In this document: positions 17,347-27,445 of the stretch, piece after piece
How positions within the stretch are numbered: position 1 is the stretch's first letter
Layout: the number at the start of each line of letters is the position of its first letter
Assembly: GCA_964455675.1 (NCBI GenBank)
Contig: CAYVYK010000012.1
Span: forward strand, 1-51,622
DNA length: 51,622 nucleotides
DNA from: an uncultured Methanosarcinales archaeon
GTDB lineage: Archaea; Nanobdellota; Nanobdellia; Woesearchaeales; CAYVYK01
Direction of reading: 5' to 3'
Program-made: the position numbers and the translations under genes
Notes under the pieces: generated by a model
The model's input: the letters and a program-made list of their open reading frames with translations, nothing else
What the model was told of the DNA's origin: nothing
Database searches by the model: none

Positions 17347-18867
17347 GTGATGCCACGCGCAAAAAACAGGATCCCATCCCTCATCATTCTCCTGCTCATG
17401 ACAGTTTTCGTGCTCCTCAAAATCTACGGCATGGTGCACGAGGAAGCAGATGAGAACCTCTATTTCTACTCAGGAAAACTGATGACCCAAGGGAAGCGGC
17501 TGTACATCGACTTCACGCATTCACATCCACCGCTACCCATTCTCATCTATAGCGGGGTGTGCCAGATCTCATGCCATTTCAAAGTATTGAAGGCAATCAG
17601 CATCGTGACAACACTTCTCTCAGCTATCGCCCTCTACCTCATCAGCAAACGGTTCATGGAACGAATGTACGCCACAATGACTGTCGCGCTCTTCCTCTTC
17701 TCAAATCTCGTCCTTCGGTTTAGCTCACAAAACTCAGGCCTTGAGATTACGCTTATGTTCTTCCTCTGGGGCATTCTCTTTAACCTCATGGGAAAGCCAC
17801 CTCAAGCAGCGCTATTCTTCGCGCTCAGCATCCTCTCAGGGCTTTACGTCATCCCACTCATAACTGTGTATCTAGCTATCGACTATATTCTCTTTCGGCG
17901 AAGCAAACCAGACATGAATCCTGACGCATACATGAAGTATTTGCTCTCACACAAGAAGCATCATATACAAACGTTCTGGTGGACGATAGCGCTCATGGCG
18001 CTATTCCACGCACTCTTCACGCTCATGTTTGGCAGGGCGTTCTGGGAGCAAGTGTACCTCGTGTGGATGAAACCAGACATTGCGAATTACACACTATCAC
18101 ACGGTTCAATATTCCTCAGCGTCTTAAGATCTGAATGGATGATATTCCTTATCGCAGTCATCGGAATGTATTTTGCCGCACGGGAAAAGCGCCTGTACCC
18201 AATCCTTGGCGTCATCATTGTATTTTTGGCCGAGATGCTCCTGCTCCTCAAAATCTATGATCACTACTTCGTCCTCCTGTGCCCATTTGCTGCAGTCCTT
18301 GGAGGATACGCCCTCGAACGCTGGGAATTTCCACGCTCATTCCTCATTGCATTCATCTGCTTTATTGTGGTAGCAAACGCGTTTGTATACCCAGCTCATG
18401 TGCAGCGAGCATACATCCACGGATTCACTGATCTTTCAGGCTGGATAGAGCAGCATACACTCCCTCACCAAACAATATCTGGCGCCGTACCTATCACACC
18501 ACTTGTCGCATTCGAAACAAATAGAATGATCAGCGGCGATTGGCCGGACACCTATGACACGCTGTTCCTCGCAGGATACGCATCCCCAAGGGAATACGTT
18601 AACGCGCTCTCCATGGATCCTGACTTTTCGTACTTCATCGCAAGTCCCACAGGATGGCTTGTGCGAGAGCTCAACATCCAGCCATTCCTCAAGGAGCGCT
18701 GCGAAGTCGCGGAACGCTTCATCCTGAACCAAAGACCCTACCTTGTACTCGACTGTCGCGCAGTGAAAACTGAACTTCCCACACCCTCCTTTTGTGGTGA
18801 TAACGGCCCATGGCTCAATTTCTATCCGCCGTTCATCCAGCAAGCAGTAAAAGCCCGATGCAGCTAA
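17347..18867 (+). CDS. GT-C fold glycosyltransferase (ArnT/PMT-like)
   Basis: Polytopic membrane protein with an acidic DE motif in the first loop (EADENLY), Y.DF...HPPL, and a soluble C-terminal domain. Confidence 0.8.
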   Translation: MMPRAKNRIPSLIILLLMTVFVLLKIYGMVHEEADENLYFYSGKLMTQGKRLYIDFTHSHPPLPILIYSGVCQISCHFKVLKAISIVTTLLSAIALYLISKRFMERMYATMTVALFLFSNLVLRFSSQNSGLEITLMFFLWGILFNLMGKPPQAALFFALSILSGLYVIPLITVYLAIDYILFRRSKPDMNPDAYMKYLLSHKKHHIQTFWWTIALMALFHALFTLMFGRAFWEQVYLVWMKPDIANYTLSHGSIFLSVLRSEWMIFLIAVIGMYFAAREKRLYPILGVIIVFLAEMLLLLKIYDHYFVLLCPFAAVLGGYALERWEFPRSFLIAFICFIVVANAFVYPAHVQRAYIHGFTDLSGWIEQHTLPHQTISGAVPITPLVAFETNRMISGDWPDTYDTLFLAGYASPREYVNALSMDPDFSYFIASPTGWLVRELNIQPFLKERCEVAERFILNQRPYLVLDCRAVKTELPTPSFCGDNGPWLNFYPPFIQQAVKARCS

Positions 18868-18940
18868 GGTTCATTCGGGAGGAATAACAAATCTTTAAAT
18901 GCTCAATAGCTGCATTCTCTAGTGACAATCGGGGGTATTC

Positions 18941-20566
18941 ATGGCAGAAGGAAGCAGGCTCGCACAGTTCAAGAAACGAGCTCAGGAAGTCGAAAAACCG
19001 GACGCAAAGCAAGTTCTCCAAAAGGATAAACTAGATCCTTTGAAGGTTAAGCAGGTAAATCCAGAAAAACAAAGCCCACCAGATTTACCTCCCGCGGAAC
19101 AGATTAACAAAGCAATAGAACAAAGTGCCCTTGAGATCAAGGAAAAGGTCGAGCAGCCAGTCACTCTCGAAGACGCATTCGTCCACCTAGAACAAGCGCT
19201 CTCCAAGAGCCACGAACAGGCAAAAAAAGTCGAAGAGATGGACAAGAAAAACCAAGAAACGCTCGAAAGAATCAAACAAGACCAGGATGCGCTAAAGAAG
19301 CAATATGAAGAGCTCAAATCCGCGCGCGAAGAGCATGAGAAAACCGTCGCGGAAGGAAAGAGGAAGATCACCACGGAATATAAAAGCGCCGCGGCCCTCA
19401 AGCAGGAGCTTACCAAGAAAGTCGAGGAGTTCGAAAAAAGGTTCAGGGAACTTGAGCGATACTCAAAACATCTTGAAACACATGCGGCAGAACTTGCACA
19501 TGAAGAACATACCCTCGGACGAGCGCGGAAACTCATCGCAAGCAATCTTCGGTTGATGCATGGATACGAGAAAAAAGTACTCGCGGAACGAGTAAAAACC
19601 GAGACATTCATTGCAAAACACCAAGCAAAAATCGATTCTATGAAAAAGGAAGAAGTTGAAGTGCTCGGCAGGTACGCAGAACAAAAGAAAGTGCTTGAGG
19701 GAATGGATGGTGAACGCAAGCGTATCGAGACTGAACGGCAGGAACTCCTCAGGCTCAAAGCAGACACCGAGGCGCGAAGCGCTGCTGTACGCAAGAAAGA
19801 AGAAGAGCAAAAGCTACGCGAGGAACAGGTGGCAAGCCAAGAGCAGAGCATGCGCAAGCGGCAGATCGAGCTAGACTCGATGAAGCGAAATCTTGAGAAA
19901 GAACAAGCACAGCGGGCACAAGAAATACAAAAGCATGTGACACGAATCGAGGAATTCCAAAAACAAATCACGGATCGGCAGGCTACTCTCAACGCACTCA
20001 ACCACAGTATCGATGAGCAGCGAACGAAGATGAAAGAAGAAGTCTCCATCCTCATGGCAAAAGAAGAAGAGCTAAACAAGCTGATGAAACAAGAGACAGA
20101 CAAGAAGATGGAAATGATGCACGCCGAGAAAGCCCTCCAAGCTGAACAACACAAGATGGACGCAAAACTCAAGCACATCGATCAAGAACGAAAGCGTGCA
20201 GACGAGAAACTCGAAAAACTCCACATGATGGAAAAGCAGATTGCCGATCGAGAAAAAGTCGTCGCGGAAAAAGAGAAAGCCCTTGAGCGGGTCATCGTCA
20301 CAAAAGTGGAGATCAAGAAACTCCAGACAGAACTATCAGGCCTCCAGAAAGAAGCACAGCAGCATGGGATTGGGGGAGTTGACACCATCATTGCAATTAT
20401 CATGGAAATCAAGCGAAATCTTGATGCTGGCCACCTCATGGAAGTTAAGAAGAGCTACGACCGCATCAGCGAAATCTACTCAAAACTCCCAGACGACGAA
20501 AAAACGCGGGTATACCAGAATATCGTTGACACCTACAACCTTATCAAAGGACAAGTCTCTATCTAG
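18941..20566 (+). CDS. Long coiled-coil protein with C-terminal three-helix module
   Basis: 541 aa, E/K/Q-rich heptads, no Walker motifs; TATA TTTAAAT upstream. Confidence 0.85.
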   Translation: MAEGSRLAQFKKRAQEVEKPDAKQVLQKDKLDPLKVKQVNPEKQSPPDLPPAEQINKAIEQSALEIKEKVEQPVTLEDAFVHLEQALSKSHEQAKKVEEMDKKNQETLERIKQDQDALKKQYEELKSAREEHEKTVAEGKRKITTEYKSAAALKQELTKKVEEFEKRFRELERYSKHLETHAAELAHEEHTLGRARKLIASNLRLMHGYEKKVLAERVKTETFIAKHQAKIDSMKKEEVEVLGRYAEQKKVLEGMDGERKRIETERQELLRLKADTEARSAAVRKKEEEQKLREEQVASQEQSMRKRQIELDSMKRNLEKEQAQRAQEIQKHVTRIEEFQKQITDRQATLNALNHSIDEQRTKMKEEVSILMAKEEELNKLMKQETDKKMEMMHAEKALQAEQHKMDAKLKHIDQERKRADEKLEKLHMMEKQIADREKVVAEKEKALERVIVTKVEIKKLQTELSGLQKEAQQHGIGGVDTIIAIIMEIKRNLDAGHLMEVKKSYDRISEIYSKLPDDEKTRVYQNIVDTYNLIKGQVSI

Positions 20567-20572
20567 AACTTC

Positions 20573-20971
20573 TTAATCCTGGGGCAAAACTTCAGAATCA
20601 GAACGGATAAGCTGAGGCGCCTTATCGGACTCGTTCGCGCGAGCATTAAAAGGCTGCGCATCGATCACTTCGCGTTTCTCCGGATCAATCGCGATTGCAA
20701 GACCTCCACGCTTCGTGACATTGTCCGCAAGACCTTCAACGTAGAGAAGCACGGTCCACATTCCGTCCGCTTCCGGATATACCCGGATGATGCTAATATC
20801 CGCAGCAGGAATATTCTCCGTTGAGCCATTTATGGTTTCGGATGCGAAGAAACGAACACGGTCCTCCACAAACTGCTGAGCAATGGCAACGGCATCTTCA
20901 TTTGTAAAGGGCTTAACGCTCGTACAAGCCGCAAGCAGCATCAACAGAACAAGCACAATATTACTTCTCAT
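20573..20971 (-). CDS. Putative lipoprotein
   Basis: MRSNIVLVLLMLLAAC lipobox-like signal; start trimmed to ATG 20971. Confidence 0.7.
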   Translation of the reverse strand: MRSNIVLVLLMLLAACTSVKPFTNEDAVAIAQQFVEDRVRFFASETINGSTENIPAADISIIRVYPEADGMWTVLLYVEGLADNVTKRGGLAIAIDPEKREVIDAQPFNARANESDKAPQLIRSDSEVLPQD

Positions 20972-21128
20972 CGTCTCCCTGCACCAGCCGCTCAAGTTCA
21001 TCATTCACTTCCTGACGCGACAAAATACCCTCGCGGCTAAGGATATTAATGATAGCTTGCACACGGTTCTCAACAAGTTTTTGCTGTGAACGCAACTTCA
21101 GCAATTCCTCCTTTGGGTCTTCATCCAT
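20961..21128 (-). CDS. Small helical hypothetical protein (55 aa)
   Basis: MDEDPKEELLKLRSQQKLVENRVQAIINILSREGILSRQEV...; TTTATAAA about 23 nt upstream; overlaps the next start. Confidence 0.65.
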   Translation of the reverse strand: MDEDPKEELLKLRSQQKLVENRVQAIINILSREGILSRQEVNDELERLVQGDDEK

Positions 21129-21219
21129 GCGATGAGAGCATATTTGCAAGTTTATAAATTTTTGGGGTTAATACAAGGGAGATTTACGTGAAAGCAAAAC
21201 TTTCGAATACTGTCAGCAT

Positions 21220-21864
21220 TCAACGGATGCCACGCAAGAACTTGAGAGACTTCGTGAAGACGTGAGCGATGATTGGGCTCCTATGCCTCACCAGCTTTGC
21301 CTTCGAAAGATTCTTGAGGAACTCTCTTGGGGATTTAAACGCTGGCATATCGACGTACGAACGCCCAACCTCCATCCAGGTGTGGGAATCAGAGCCAACA
21401 ATCATGGGCTTATGGTGTTCCCTCGCGAACTCCTCAGCGCAGATATTGTCCTCCTGGAAAACAGTGCGGCTATTGAAGACCTCGATGATGTCAATCTTCC
21501 TTATGAGGCGCTTAAGCATCACATGAGGAATACGCTTCCTTCGCAATCGATCAAACGGATGCGGAGCTATCGCAAGGCCGCCCTGCGAATGAATCAAATC
21601 CAAAGTCCTTTCGAGAGGAAGATGAGGCCGCACAGGCTTATGCAAAAAGATACCGATTATCTCACCATCACGCGTGCCGATCTCCAAGCCTTTTATACAC
21701 TGCGCAATACGTGAATACCTCTCAGCCCCGAGAAACCTGTTGTGATCCGTAATGATCGGGATAATCCTCATACGAGCGTACTTTGCCTTGAGAGTACGGA
21801 GTGGCATGAGACAATCATGCGAATAGTTCGTGTGAGTATGTGCATCAATCCTCATGCCTGCCAC
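21220..21864 (-). CDS. PHP-family metal-dependent phosphoesterase
   Basis: DAHTHTNYSHD, ITDHN, GLEI, APHPFD, IEVFNSR and GSDSH. Confidence 0.9.
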   Translation of the reverse strand: MAGMRIDAHTHTNYSHDCLMPLRTLKAKYARMRIIPIITDHNRFLGAERYSRIAQCIKGLEIGTRDGEIIGIFLHKPVRPHLPLERTLDLIHSQGGLAIAPHPFDRLRRKRIPHVMLKRLIRKIDIIEVFNSRTVFQEDNICAEEFAREHHKPMIVGSDSHTWMEVGRSYVDMPAFKSPREFLKNLSKAKLVRHRSPIIAHVFTKSLKFLRGIR

Positions 21865-22727
21865 CAGTAGATTGAAATGAACGCGATGAATCCCCAGAGC
21901 ACCATGGAAAACACCATTCGGCCATCCTCAAAAACATGATGCGGATGACGCGCAATAACTGAGCCATCGGCAATTAGCTTGGAGTAGCGGAAAATGGCAT
22001 ACATGACAACAGGAACAGAGAACAGGAGCAGATGGTACTGGCTGTAGAATGAGTACAGAGCGTATGCCATGATTAACAAGGCAGTGGAAATGTACCTCAT
22101 ACCCTCAGTTAAGTTCACGTCGTAGTACGAGAGCACCTTCTTGTGGCTTGCGGCATCGGACCCAAGAAACCTCAAGTCAGCCTCGCGTTTCCCAATAGAA
22201 AGGAAAAGGGCAGCAAAGAACGTCCCAAGGACTAGCCAGGACGAAACCTTGAGGTACGGAGCAAAGCCAACCGTAATAACAAAAGCGCCGATAACGGAAC
22301 GCAACATGAAGTTAATAGAGATCATAATCACGTCGAGGAACGGCTCTTCCTTCCACCATACGCTATAGAACAACGTGAGAAGGAAGAAGATGCACAGAAT
22401 GGCGCCGAAGGCAGCACTTAAGAAAAACCCTAAGAGGAGCCCAAAAGTAAGCACAATCGCAAAGAGCAGAACCGCAGCTGGTATGGACACCATGCCTGAA
22501 GCAAGCGGACGATTCTTCTTCTCGGGATGCAGACGATCCCTCTCACGGTCAATAATATCATTCATCACATAATTCGACGATGCCACAAGACATAGGCTCA
22601 CAAATCCAAGCACCGTCAGCCATACCGCATGGATGTCCAAGATCTTTGCGGCAAAGACTATCGGCAGAAATATGAGGATGTTCTTATACCACTGGTAAGG
22701 ACGGAGCAAGCGCAGATGATTCAACAT
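21852..22727 (-). CDS. UbiA-superfamily polyprenyl-phosphate phosphoribosyltransferase (DPPR synthase-like)
   Basis: LLRPYQWYKN, YVMNDIIDRERDRLHPEKKNRPLASG, YS...K....D and KR.AD are motifs of the Rv3806c-like subfamily. Confidence 0.85.
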   Translation of the reverse strand: MLNHLRLLRPYQWYKNILIFLPIVFAAKILDIHAVWLTVLGFVSLCLVASSNYVMNDIIDRERDRLHPEKKNRPLASGMVSIPAAVLLFAIVLTFGLLLGFFLSAAFGAILCIFFLLTLFYSVWWKEEPFLDVIMISINFMLRSVIGAFVITVGFAPYLKVSSWLVLGTFFAALFLSIGKREADLRFLGSDAASHKKVLSYYDVNLTEGMRYISTALLIMAYALYSFYSQYHLLLFSVPVVMYAIFRYSKLIADGSVIARHPHHVFEDGRMVFSMVLWGFIAFISIYWWQA

Positions 22728-22762
22728 CCCACGATCCCATGAAGGATGGCATAAAAAACTTT

Positions 22763-24205
22763 CTATGAACGCTGAAAAATCAGGTATTCAGAACCATCGT
22801 ACGTGGCATTAAAGATGCGAACGTAGGACGATTCAATACTTGCGAGAAGAGCGTACCTTGACGCGACACATGATTCATCATCCGGCAGACACGGGAACGA
22901 CCCCATCGAAAAGAAGACGAGATCAGGACTAATTGATGATTCCCACTCATTGTACGCAAGCATGGTACTCTGGCTCATGAAGTAAAAAGGTATAAACAAA
23001 TTATCATTATAGACGACGGGTAGGGGATCAGTTGTATAAATAGGCCCTTCCACACCGTGCGTTCGTGGATACTCGTAGAACTCATGAACTATCGGCGGAA
23101 CCGAGGCGGGACGCCAGCCATAATAGCGGGAATTCTCAGAAAAAGAGAATTGGGCACCTTGAACGATAATGATCGCGAGCATCGCCCCGGCAAGAGCCTG
23201 CATTAACCCCACTCTCGCACGCATGACACACATAATAGAATTCGCAAGACCTAAAGACGCTAGCAGGCACACGAACGGAAGGATGAACAGAACAAAACGA
23301 TCCTGCTTGTTCGCAATCGACGTGAAATATACGAGGTAGGAGGCACCAACACCAAGGACTGCAAGTAATTTGAACCGCTTCCGAAGGAACACAATCCCCA
23401 CGATGGAAAACACAAGAAGCAAATTGGATGATAGAAGAACGCTTGGATAGAAGAGAAGGTTCTTTGCAAGTCCGGGAACATATCCCGAAATGCCCGATTC
23501 ATGGGACTTGGCTAGAATCAAGGGACGAAATGCCGCATCAAGCACGTTCCCCGTATAGGGAGCGTACATCACGAGATTAAAAACCACAAAAGGCACGAGG
23601 ATGATGAGAGCACCAAGAACGAAGAGGATGACAGATCGGAAACGCTCAGCCTGCTTTTCACCAAACCACACAAGAACTGGAAGAATAATGAGCAAGAGAC
23701 CACAAGGAAACTTCATCATCATTCCAAGCGCAGCAACAAAACCAATGATGAGAGGATTTTTTCCCTTTACCCATAGCAACAACGCAAGGAGGATCAGCAT
23801 GGCAGCAGGAATATCCGTCAAAATGTATGTGCTGTAAAGAAAAAAAGTGCTGGAAGCTGCACACAGCAGCACTGCGATAAGCGCCGTGAAACGGTCAAAA
23901 AATTCCACAGCAAGCAGGTACAGAATGAGTAAACAAGCAGATGCGCACACAATCGCAATAAACTGACCTATGACCACCGGATCAAAACCTAGGCGCCACA
24001 CTAAGCCAAGTACCAAAGGAAGAGCAAGAGGGCGAATCATCTCCCATAATCCCTGATGGCCAAGAGAGAAAATGTATTTCCCAATACCGATATACACTGC
24101 TTCGTCCCATATCGGAACCTTGATCCTTGCCATAAAACCAAGTTCGAGAACCACAAACGTGATGATACTTACAACACACAGGAGATTCCAAAACATCCGA
24201 CGCAT
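22763..24205 (-). CDS. GT-C fold glycosyltransferase (PMT-like)
   Basis: WDEAVY, E.IRP..LP, ILTD and KQDRF; about 11 TM segments. Confidence 0.85.
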   Translation of the reverse strand: MRRMFWNLLCVVSIITFVVLELGFMARIKVPIWDEAVYIGIGKYIFSLGHQGLWEMIRPLALPLVLGLVWRLGFDPVVIGQFIAIVCASACLLILYLLAVEFFDRFTALIAVLLCAASSTFFLYSTYILTDIPAAMLILLALLLWVKGKNPLIIGFVAALGMMMKFPCGLLLIILPVLVWFGEKQAERFRSVILFVLGALIILVPFVVFNLVMYAPYTGNVLDAAFRPLILAKSHESGISGYVPGLAKNLLFYPSVLLSSNLLLVFSIVGIVFLRKRFKLLAVLGVGASYLVYFTSIANKQDRFVLFILPFVCLLASLGLANSIMCVMRARVGLMQALAGAMLAIIIVQGAQFSFSENSRYYGWRPASVPPIVHEFYEYPRTHGVEGPIYTTDPLPVVYNDNLFIPFYFMSQSTMLAYNEWESSISPDLVFFSMGSFPCLPDDESCVASRYALLASIESSYVRIFNATYDGSEYLIFQRS

Positions 24206-24225
24206 CCACGACGGAAGGATGAATG

Positions 24226-24233
24226 TTTATAAA
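24226..24233. promoter_or_regulatory. Palindromic TATA box shared by two divergent leaderless genes
   Basis: TTTATAAA centred in the 50-bp gap between the ATGs at 24205(-) and 24256(+). Confidence 0.6.
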
Positions 24234-24255
24234 TACCTTTTCGTTCACACCACGC

Positions 24256-26664
24256 ATGAAAAATACAAGGCTCGTGATCGCATCCTTTGCGGTAATACTC
24301 TGTATTCTCGCAGTTAGAGCGTACACACTCCAAGGTGTTGATCCTATGTGGGATGAAACTGTGTACCTTGGTTATGCCAAGCACTTCGCAGGAAACGGAG
24401 GATTCTATGAAGACATCAGACCACCAGGACTGCCCCTCATCCTCTCCCTCGGATACGGAATGAGGGGCGAGGGAGTACTCTTTGGCAGGATCCTCTCCAT
24501 CGCGGCAGCACTGCTCCTTGCCATCCTCCTCTTCTCATACACGAAACGCGAATTTGATGAAGAAACAGCGATCATAACAGTCCTCATGTTTTGCACGAGC
24601 ACACTCTACTTCGACCTTTCCGGCCTCATCCTGACAGAATTTTTCTCCTTATATTTCCTGCTCCTTGGAATCCTGTTCCTCAAACGACCCATGCTCTCAG
24701 GCATCTGCTTTGGGATTGCATTCCTCTTCAGATTCCCGATTGGCCTTGGCATATTGATAGCTGTCATCATCTACCTCATCTATAGCATCAGAAAACCACT
24801 CGAATGGGTCATCAATTCTGCAAAGGCAGGAATAGGCTTTCTCATCATTCTCTTACCTTGGTTTCTCTTCAATTATCGCATGCTACCAACACTCTACGTC
24901 CCATGGTACCAAAAAATGGTCTGGCCGATCCTCAAAGCCCCAGGAGTCATTGAATCAACCCTTTGGACACAATCACAGTCATTCTGGTACTATGCGATTG
25001 AACACGTGCAGCTCAATCCACTTTATGCATTCTGCATCGTCGGTATCGTGCTCATCATTATCCAGCGGAGGTATTCCAGCCTTAGTACAGTACTCGGATT
25101 TTGCCTCTTCTTTCTCTACTTCTCAAGCCTGGCGCATAAAGAGTTCAGATACTCCATCCCTATTCTGCTTTTTGCGGCAATACTTGCGGGATATGGGATC
25201 ATGAGCGCATATCGCTCGCTCGTTGTCAAGAAAATCGTCCGCAACAGCATGCCGGCGCTTTTTCTCCTTATTATCATCATCTCAGGATTCTTCGTATACC
25301 AGGGAATACGAGAAGAAGAGCCCATCGGCGTCCTAACAAATCAGAATCCTAACCTAGCTCCTGAACGAACAATCCTTCATGTACTCCTCTCGAAGGGAGA
25401 CGTCATTTACACATCGATGCCCCAGGTCATCCTCTACACCGACAAACCTGTTATCGCAAATTACTATTCCCTGCCCGTCCTCGTACAGGAATTTCACCAG
25501 AATCCCAACGCACAAATCCTTGTCCTTTCAGAGGATCCAGTCATGTGCCAGGACGAGGCGTGCAGAACAGAAGCTAAACGCATCATGCAAAGCGTGATGC
25601 AACGATACAAACCGGTATATTATGGATTCCTCACCCAGTATAACAAGGTGATCATCCTCTCAAAAGACAGGAACGAGAACACGTATGGTGACGTACAATC
25701 ACTCTTCTTACTCTCAGAACCAGTCAGCCTCCAAAGCCTTCCGTTTAACACAGATATATTCGGCATCATCCGAATAGATAACGCAGGAGACGACGATGGA
25801 AATGGAACGCTTTACCACGAGAAACCCTTCAGCGAGATCATGCAGTTCTTTACGCACATGAACGTTCCTGCACACGTGAATATCATTCCCATCAGCCTGA
25901 CAAGACTTGATAAGAACAGTGTATCCAGGTTACGAAAGATTATTCATGATTCACACACAGTCATCATCGGCCAGCATGGGTATGATTTTGTTACGCACGG
26001 AACAGCAGCAGAATTTGACGGACTAAGCCTAGATGACCAGACAGCGCGCATCCTTTCCGGGAAAAAAATTCTCCAGGAAATGCTCGGAATCGATACTGTC
26101 GTCTTTGTCCCAAGCTACAATAACGGAGATAGCATAACGATGGAAGCAGCATACCACAACGGATTTTTGTGGTACAGTTCAATACCCTCCGATGACGGAA
26201 CGTTTGAAGGAATACACCGCAAAGACGCCGACATGTATCTCGCAAATGCACAAGGGATCATACCGGTAAAGTCAGCACTTGAAATCATCGATACGTACAA
26301 AGGCACTCAGGATGCCGTTGTCATGCAGATATCCGCAGGGCAAGTGGACGAGAACCTCCAGTCAATCATCTCTGAACTCCGCAAGCACGGCGTCAGATTC
26401 GCAACATTTGATGACTATCAATCGTGGGCGGAATACCGAGAAGAGCTCTCATTTACCATCGAAAACAATACTGTTACACTCCTTGGAAATGGGAAGTCAA
26501 CCGAAATCGCGACACTTGCGTTCGCGCGAAGCATGAATATCACGCTTTCCACAAACCTCGAGCGCGTGGGCATTGTGAGCACCAATGTGGACAACATCAC
26601 TCTGCACATCAACGAGAAGGAGTACCGCCTACAACCACATCAGGCAGTTCTTCATCTGGAGTAA
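24256..26664 (+). CDS. GT-C glycosyltransferase fused to a polysaccharide deacetylase-like (NodB/CE4, DUF2334-like) domain
   Basis: N-terminal WDETVY, EDIRPPGLP, ILTE and KEFRY (paralogue of 22763); C-terminal IRIDN, IIP, IGQHGYDF, AEF.G and FVPSYN. Confidence 0.8.
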   Translation: MKNTRLVIASFAVILCILAVRAYTLQGVDPMWDETVYLGYAKHFAGNGGFYEDIRPPGLPLILSLGYGMRGEGVLFGRILSIAAALLLAILLFSYTKREFDEETAIITVLMFCTSTLYFDLSGLILTEFFSLYFLLLGILFLKRPMLSGICFGIAFLFRFPIGLGILIAVIIYLIYSIRKPLEWVINSAKAGIGFLIILLPWFLFNYRMLPTLYVPWYQKMVWPILKAPGVIESTLWTQSQSFWYYAIEHVQLNPLYAFCIVGIVLIIIQRRYSSLSTVLGFCLFFLYFSSLAHKEFRYSIPILLFAAILAGYGIMSAYRSLVVKKIVRNSMPALFLLIIIISGFFVYQGIREEEPIGVLTNQNPNLAPERTILHVLLSKGDVIYTSMPQVILYTDKPVIANYYSLPVLVQEFHQNPNAQILVLSEDPVMCQDEACRTEAKRIMQSVMQRYKPVYYGFLTQYNKVIILSKDRNENTYGDVQSLFLLSEPVSLQSLPFNTDIFGIIRIDNAGDDDGNGTLYHEKPFSEIMQFFTHMNVPAHVNIIPISLTRLDKNSVSRLRKIIHDSHTVIIGQHGYDFVTHGTAAEFDGLSLDDQTARILSGKKILQEMLGIDTVVFVPSYNNGDSITMEAAYHNGFLWYSSIPSDDGTFEGIHRKDADMYLANAQGIIPVKSALEIIDTYKGTQDAVVMQISAGQVDENLQSIISELRKHGVRFATFDDYQSWAEYREELSFTIENNTVTLLGNGKSTEIATLAFARSMNITLSTNLERVGIVSTNVDNITLHINEKEYRLQPHQAVLHLE

Positions 26665-27400
26665 TCGATGCATTCAGGATTTCCGCATTCAAAGCGGTAC
26701 AAACCTCATTTGGAGTCAGGTAGTGAGCACACATGATCCCTTGAAGCTCATCCTTGCCCACAACACCCTCATACTTCTCGCCCTCAACAACAATTGTGGG
26801 GTATGCAGTGACGCCGTACGTCCGCTGGATCAAGCCCACAACCTCCTCCTGTTCTCCAATATCCACATCAAGGGGAAAGACAAGCAACCGCTCGCCAAGG
26901 ATCTTCTTGTAATAAGAGAGGATAACACCCTGATCACCGCAGTTCGGACACTTCTCCGTCGAATAAAAATAGAGGACGCTCACGACATCAAGACCGCAGA
27001 GCTCCACAGCCTTCCTTGAAAGCAACCAGTACTGAAGGTTCTGAACAAAGTAGGTTCTGCGCCAAAAATCATACTCATCCTGGTTAATCCAGGAACTTTG
27101 AGAATACACCTCAAGTTTCTCAGCCGCTTCACTCAAATCAGTCACGGTGCGTTCGAGCGAGGCCTCAATAAAAGAACAGCGCTGAGGGAGGTCCTCTTCA
27201 GCGATGAGATCAGTCAGGAACAGGTACTGGAACTGCAGGCTTGTATAATCCGCACGTGCTTGGCGGGAGGATGCCTCCACTGTATTCAGGCGGGCATTAT
27301 CAACCACGATACCGATCACAACACCCAGAGAAAAAACAAGGAGCGTCACGATAGCTGCAAGCACATAGTTCCCGAGACTTATCTTGCGGTATTTTACCAT
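26609..27400 (-). CDS. Membrane-anchored thioredoxin-fold protein
   Basis: N-terminal TM helix, helical region, then LYFYS..CPNC...YP.IVV; overlaps the convergent gene end by 56 nt. Confidence 0.75.
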   Translation of the reverse strand: MVKYRKISLGNYVLAAIVTLLVFSLGVVIGIVVDNARLNTVEASSRQARADYTSLQFQYLFLTDLIAEEDLPQRCSFIEASLERTVTDLSEAAEKLEVYSQSSWINQDEYDFWRRTYFVQNLQYWLLSRKAVELCGLDVVSVLYFYSTEKCPNCGDQGVILSYYKKILGERLLVFPLDVDIGEQEEVVGLIQRTYGVTAYPTIVVEGEKYEGVVGKDELQGIMCAHYLTPNEVCTALNAEILNASITPDEELPDVVVGGTPSR

Positions 27401-27445
27401 AAAATCCAGTCGAGGGAAAGTTCAGGGTGTATATAAAGATGGATG

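Noticed and set aside
18982..20178. 398-aa antisense ORF (also 11893-12795, 33654-34502, 37693-38274 and similar)
   Set aside because: These are shadow frames opposite well-supported genes, explained by codon bias; they have no motifs.
18941..20566. Second SMC-like ATPase
   Set aside because: Coiled coil only; no Walker A/B or signature motifs.
21199..21211. 13-mer ACTTTCGAATACT shared with 38728-38740
   Set aside because: Too short, with no flanking similarity.
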